A stretch of DNA of 34,019 nucleotides from Chrysochromulina tobinii (lineage: Eukaryota), in NCBI GenBank assembly GCA_001275005.1, contig JWZX01003382.1, positions 1 through 34,019 on the forward strand, given 5' to 3'. Made by a program: the position numbers and the translations under genes. Under the pieces are notes generated by a model. That model made no database searches and was not told the DNA's origin. It was given only the letters and a program-made list of their open reading frames with translations. This document shows, one piece after another, positions 30,261 to 34,019 of this stretch; within the stretch, counting starts at the first letter, position 1; every line of letters begins with the position of its first letter.

Positions 30261-31258
30261 CGGCAGTGCGCGAGGGAGGCGCGCTGGCCGCTGGAACCAG
30301 CGGACCGCTTGCGCGGCGGGGGCGCTCACGCGTGACGGGGCTCTGGCATGCTCTGGGTCCGGTGGGGCCCGCCCGTCAAGTGCTTACACGTGCGTCTCAC
30401 CTCGGCATCTCTATGCGCTTTTGTCACGCTTGCTCGCTGTCGCTCGGCCGGTAGCCGCGGCCGGCGGCGGCGCGGCGGGGCCGGGGCCCCGGTGCCGGGA
30501 CCCCGGTGGCGGTGCGGTTTCCCAAAATTAGGTTGCTTATTTTATACTGCGCGCAGCGGCCCGTGTCGTCCGAAACTTGTAACTTCAACGTTATGTGGTT
30601 TCAGGTTTGCGACCGAACCCACCGGGCACCGCGCGGCGTCCGGCGTGCGGCGAGCACGCGGGCACTTGTCCGGACACCGGAGGCGGAGCGACTCTGCGCT
30701 CCGTCTGGCACTCCGCTCACCGTTGCCGGTGGGGTGCCGCTCGTTACACTGCGGCGCGGACGCGGCCCCGCGGTACCACCCGGGCGCCCGGGGCCGCGCA
30801 GCGCGCTGCCGCGCGGGCGAACCGACCCGGCACCCGCCACCGATACAGAGACAACTTTGAACTTACAACGGCTTAGTACACTCAAGAACGCTCTTGACTC
30901 TAGACGGACAGACTGAGACCTGTGGAACTACAGTACACCGCGCCGTCTGGCGGACGCCCCCGACACACGGATCGAGGACGCACCTATACGCGTATGTTAC
31001 AGCCGGTAACTATCGGCAATGGAGATTACATCACAGGCCTCACTCACGGCCAGCAGCAGCATATTCAAGTACATGGGGTACAAGGGCTCTCCAGCTCGCC
31101 TCCTCGTCGATCCGGACGCCTCACGGCGTCGAAGGCTATGGTACACGTCCTCGGCGATTGTACAGACGAAGGCAACAGGGGCACGTTAGGTTGGCCAGCT
31201 CGCGATGCGTTGTAGCGTCGAAGTCAATGGTCCACGAGGGGCGTAGCGCGTCGCCAGC

Positions 31259-31319
31259 AGTCCCCGGCATTCAGTCCTCGGCATTTAGTCGATGGTCCTC
31301 GGCATTTAGTCCTCGGCAT
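31259..31319. repeat. Interrupted 14-bp tandem repeat (about 4 copies)
   Basis: AGTCCYCGGCATTY units. Confidence 0.75.
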
Positions 31320-31378
31320 GGGTATGGACGCATGAAGAAGGGGCACTTGGACACGAAAAGGCGCAGCGGATGCACACA

Positions 31379-32394
31379 TCAGCTGTTCGTAATTCTGAGG
31401 CAGGTCTCGAGGAAGGAGGTCTGCACTGTCGCGTGCTCGGTGGCGACGGTTTCGGGGAGGACCTTGCCGAATTTCTCGGAGACCTGGGCGGTCCGCTTGA
31501 GAAGATCGCGCTGGATCTCCATTGGGTCAACGAGGGCCTTGCCGCGAATGTGCAGAGGCTGCGTGCCGATGGCCTGGATCATCACCTCCACGTCACCCTC
31601 GCGCGTGAGAGATTTGGCGTGCGTCACGAGCACAAAGGTGCTGAGCCACTCGTGCTTCTCCTTCTGCGAGGGCAAGTGCGCGATGTCGCTCAGCATCTCG
31701 CGCACCGCCACTTTCGTCGCCACGCTGCGCAGCATCTGGCTGTCCGCGGCGGCGTTGCTGATCGTGTGCGCCATGGAGGCCTGCGTGCGATTACTGCTCG
31801 GCTCGGTGAGGGTGGAGATGCGCTCCAGGTGCTGGACCCACACGCCCGCGAGATCTTCGCGCACCGCCATCAGCTGAAGCCCCACCTTGGGCGGCTCGAT
31901 CTCTAATGTGAAGCCCTGGGACGAGCGACCGCCCGCAGTCTTGAGGTACGGGTTGTTGGGCGAGAGCTGCCGGAAGCCGGGCATGGGCACGAAGAAATCC
32001 TCGGTCCCTGACGTGCGTAGCACATTGAGGAAGTCGTAGAGCCGCCCCTTCTGCTTCTGCTCCTTCTGCTCCTCGAAGAACTTGGTCCACTTGCCGTGCA
32101 GCCAAATCTGCAGCCCTCGGTTGTTCACCTGTCCATGTGCGCAGAATGGCGGGTCAACGCATGCGAGAGGGATTTCAGGATGACTGGGCAGGAAGGTGCT
32201 ATGCGACGCACCTCGCCGAAAGTCTGCACCTGATTCTCCACCGAACGACTCATCAAGGTATCTGTGAGCCACGCAGCCTCATCAGGGTACAACATCTGCA
32301 TGACAGGCGCGGACGTACGCGGCATCTGGCGGGGAGCAGCGCCCGTGATGATGAGCGCACTCGCGAACGATGGCAGTAGCGCCAAAGCGACCAT
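31379..32394 (-). CDS. Hypothetical protein with bipartite plastid-type leader; exons 32394-32212 and 32128-31379
   Basis: Leader MVALALLPSFASAL..RTSAPVM. An 83-nt intron GTGCGT..TTGAC..ACAG (32129-32211) joins QTFGE to VNNRGLQIW in frame. The core contains LSPNNPYL..FTLEIEP..LMAVREDLA. Confidence 0.75.
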
Positions 32395-32671
32395 TGTCAC
32401 AAGTCAACGGCGGCTAAATGATGGTGCCCGACATTGAAAGTTGGAAGGGTGATCGCTTTTGTGTGTTTGATTGATGACATGATGACTGTGCATTGCAGAG
32501 GAGCGTCCAAAACATTCAAGCGATGTGGCCATTTAAAAAACAACTTCGCTGTCGATTACCCCCCCTGCAGAAGCACAGCCAGACACTTTCAGAAAACGCA
32601 TGCAACGGCGCTTCTTTTCTACTTTTGACTACTTTGTATTCGGACGCTACGTCCGCTCCACACAAAAGCGA

Positions 32672-34019
32672 TTAGACTCTGAGAATGGTTACGCGCGACA
32701 TCGCGCGCTCCCTGCGCAGCTGTTGCTCCATCTCGAAGACCTCTATCTCCATCTCCATCTCCATCTCGTCGATCACGGTACCGCATGAGGTTGAGGAAGG
32801 CCCGAGGCTGGACATCATCGACTGAGCGGCTCGTGCGCCCAACGCAAGCGTGATCTCAACAGATGCCATTCTTACTCCTCTCGTCTCCGGCGGCTTGACA
32901 GGAGGTTCTTCGTGCCGCCTGATGGAGATGCAAGACGCGCGAATCTGACAGCTGATGAGCAAGACCACAATAGCAACTGCGACGGCGGCGAAAGTAGATG
33001 CGATGGTCGCGACCATGCTGCTCGCGTTGCCATCCCCAACCAAGGAGGGCGCAAATGCCAGTGCTGGAGTGAGAGCGACCGTCACAATTGGTGGAGGCAG
33101 GGCGGGCGGCGGAAGCGGGGGCGCGAGGACGACTGGCGCGCTCACATTGAACCTGATCGTGGGCAGCTGTGCCGCGAAGCTCGAGGCGACGGCGCCCCTT
33201 CCGAGCATTCCCGCCAAGTTGCTATTGGTCACAGGACCCACCTCCGTCACAGTGATCGTCACCGCAAGACCGGTGAGTGCCACTGAGTTGACCGTAACGC
33301 CGAGGCTGGCCACGCCAGCGGCAATCGTATCCGAACTCGAGGCGCTCAGATTGGTTTGCGACGCACTCGCCGCGTAGTCGTACGTCCGCTGAGCTTCCAA
33401 GAGCACTGTTGGCGGTGGATGTGTCATGTTGTGCGAGCTAAGGACGCGACGACGCTGCGCCACGATAGACACTTCGCAGGTACCCACCAGCCCAGAGCAC
33501 AGGCTGCCCACGACAGCGTGGACGAGTGCGGATCGATTCAACGGCACATTCATGTTGAGCGCTCCGATGGACATGCCGATGCGTTGCGTGTCGCTGATAA
33601 TTGCTGAGACGGTCGTCGAATTTGGCGCGCTGCCATATATCGAGGATTGCGTCGCCGCCAGTGCCGCGGCACCAAAGCCGGCAGGCGAAATGGAAGCAAG
33701 ATCCGCGTCAGCGACAGCGACAGAGAAGCTGACGCTGAAGCTCAGAGGGGAAAAGGGCGGCGGCAGCGCGGGTGGCGGCAGTGCGGGCGGCAGTGCGGGC
33801 GGTGGTGGCGAGGGCGGCAGTGGCGAGGACGGCCGAGGCGAAGGCGGAGGCGGCGAGGGCGATGGCGAGGGCGGCCTCGGTAAGGACGGTGGAGGGGAAG
33901 GCGGGGGCGGCGGGCGGCGGCGAAGGGCGGCGGAGGCGAGGGCGGCGGAGGCGAGGGCGGCGGAGGCGAAGGCGGTGGAGGGGAAGGCGGGGGCGGCAGT
34001 GGGCGGCGGAGGCGAGGGT
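32672..34019 (-). CDS. Partial (5' end beyond window) proline-rich, extensin-like, membrane-anchored surface protein
   Basis: The frame stays open upstream of 33574 into (SPPP/PPSP)n repeats at about 33755-34019. It has an RRRVL motif, a second Pro-rich stretch and the TM segment FAAVAVAIVVLLISC. Confidence 0.75.
   Translation of the reverse strand, partial: PSPPPPTAAPAFPSTAFASAALASAALASAALRRRPPPPPSPPPSLPRPPSPSPSPPPPSPRPSSPLPPSPPPPALPPALPPPALPPPFSPLSFSVSFSVAVADADLASISPAGFGAAALAATQSSIYGSAPNSTTVSAIISDTQRIGMSIGALNMNVPLNRSALVHAVVGSLCSGLVGTCEVSIVAQRRRVLSSHNMTHPPPTVLLEAQRTYDYAASASQTNLSASSSDTIAAGVASLGVTVNSVALTGLAVTITVTEVGPVTNSNLAGMLGRGAVASSFAAQLPTIRFNVSAPVVLAPPLPPPALPPPIVTVALTPALAFAPSLVGDGNASSMVATIASTFAAVAVAIVVLLISCQIRASCISIRRHEEPPVKPPETRGVRMASVEITLALGARAAQSMMSSLGPSSTSCGTVIDEMEMEMEIEVFEMEQQLRRERAMSRVTILRV

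Noticed and set aside
30261..31300. Very GC-rich intergenic blocks and short ORFs as an ncRNA, gene or transposon
   Set aside because: No recognisable motif, terminal repeat or TSD; the short inverted matches are expected at this GC content.

Overview
GC-rich, gene-dense eukaryotic nuclear DNA. Evidence: GT-AG spliceosomal introns, PIG-W/GWT1, a calpain, an Agenet-domain protein, and several proteins with signal plus transit-like bipartite leaders, which points to an alga with a complex plastid (haptophyte-like; inference). About 16 genes are present: an M41/FtsH-like metallopeptidase, a large Ala/Glu/Lys coiled-coil protein, a P1B-1 Cu-ATPase with 7 HMA domains, an ER-type EF-hand protein, a frameshifted class V PLP enzyme, a tandem Agenet protein, a PDZ/SOL-type calpain lacking its catalytic Cys, PIG-W, a secreted cyanophycinase-like + alpha/beta-hydrolase fusion, a steroid 5-alpha-reductase family protein, a bestrophin family protein, a SET methyltransferase, hypothetical proteins and a partial Pro-rich surface protein. 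The most notable items are the double serine-hydrolase fusion, the unusual Cu-ATPase, an intron bounded by a perfect 24-bp direct repeat, two copies of an (AACTG)n-tailed retroposon-like element with candidate TSDs, and a cluster of hairpins sharing one loop motif. No rRNA, tRNA or CRISPR array was seen. All family calls come from motif recognition by eye; no searches were run.
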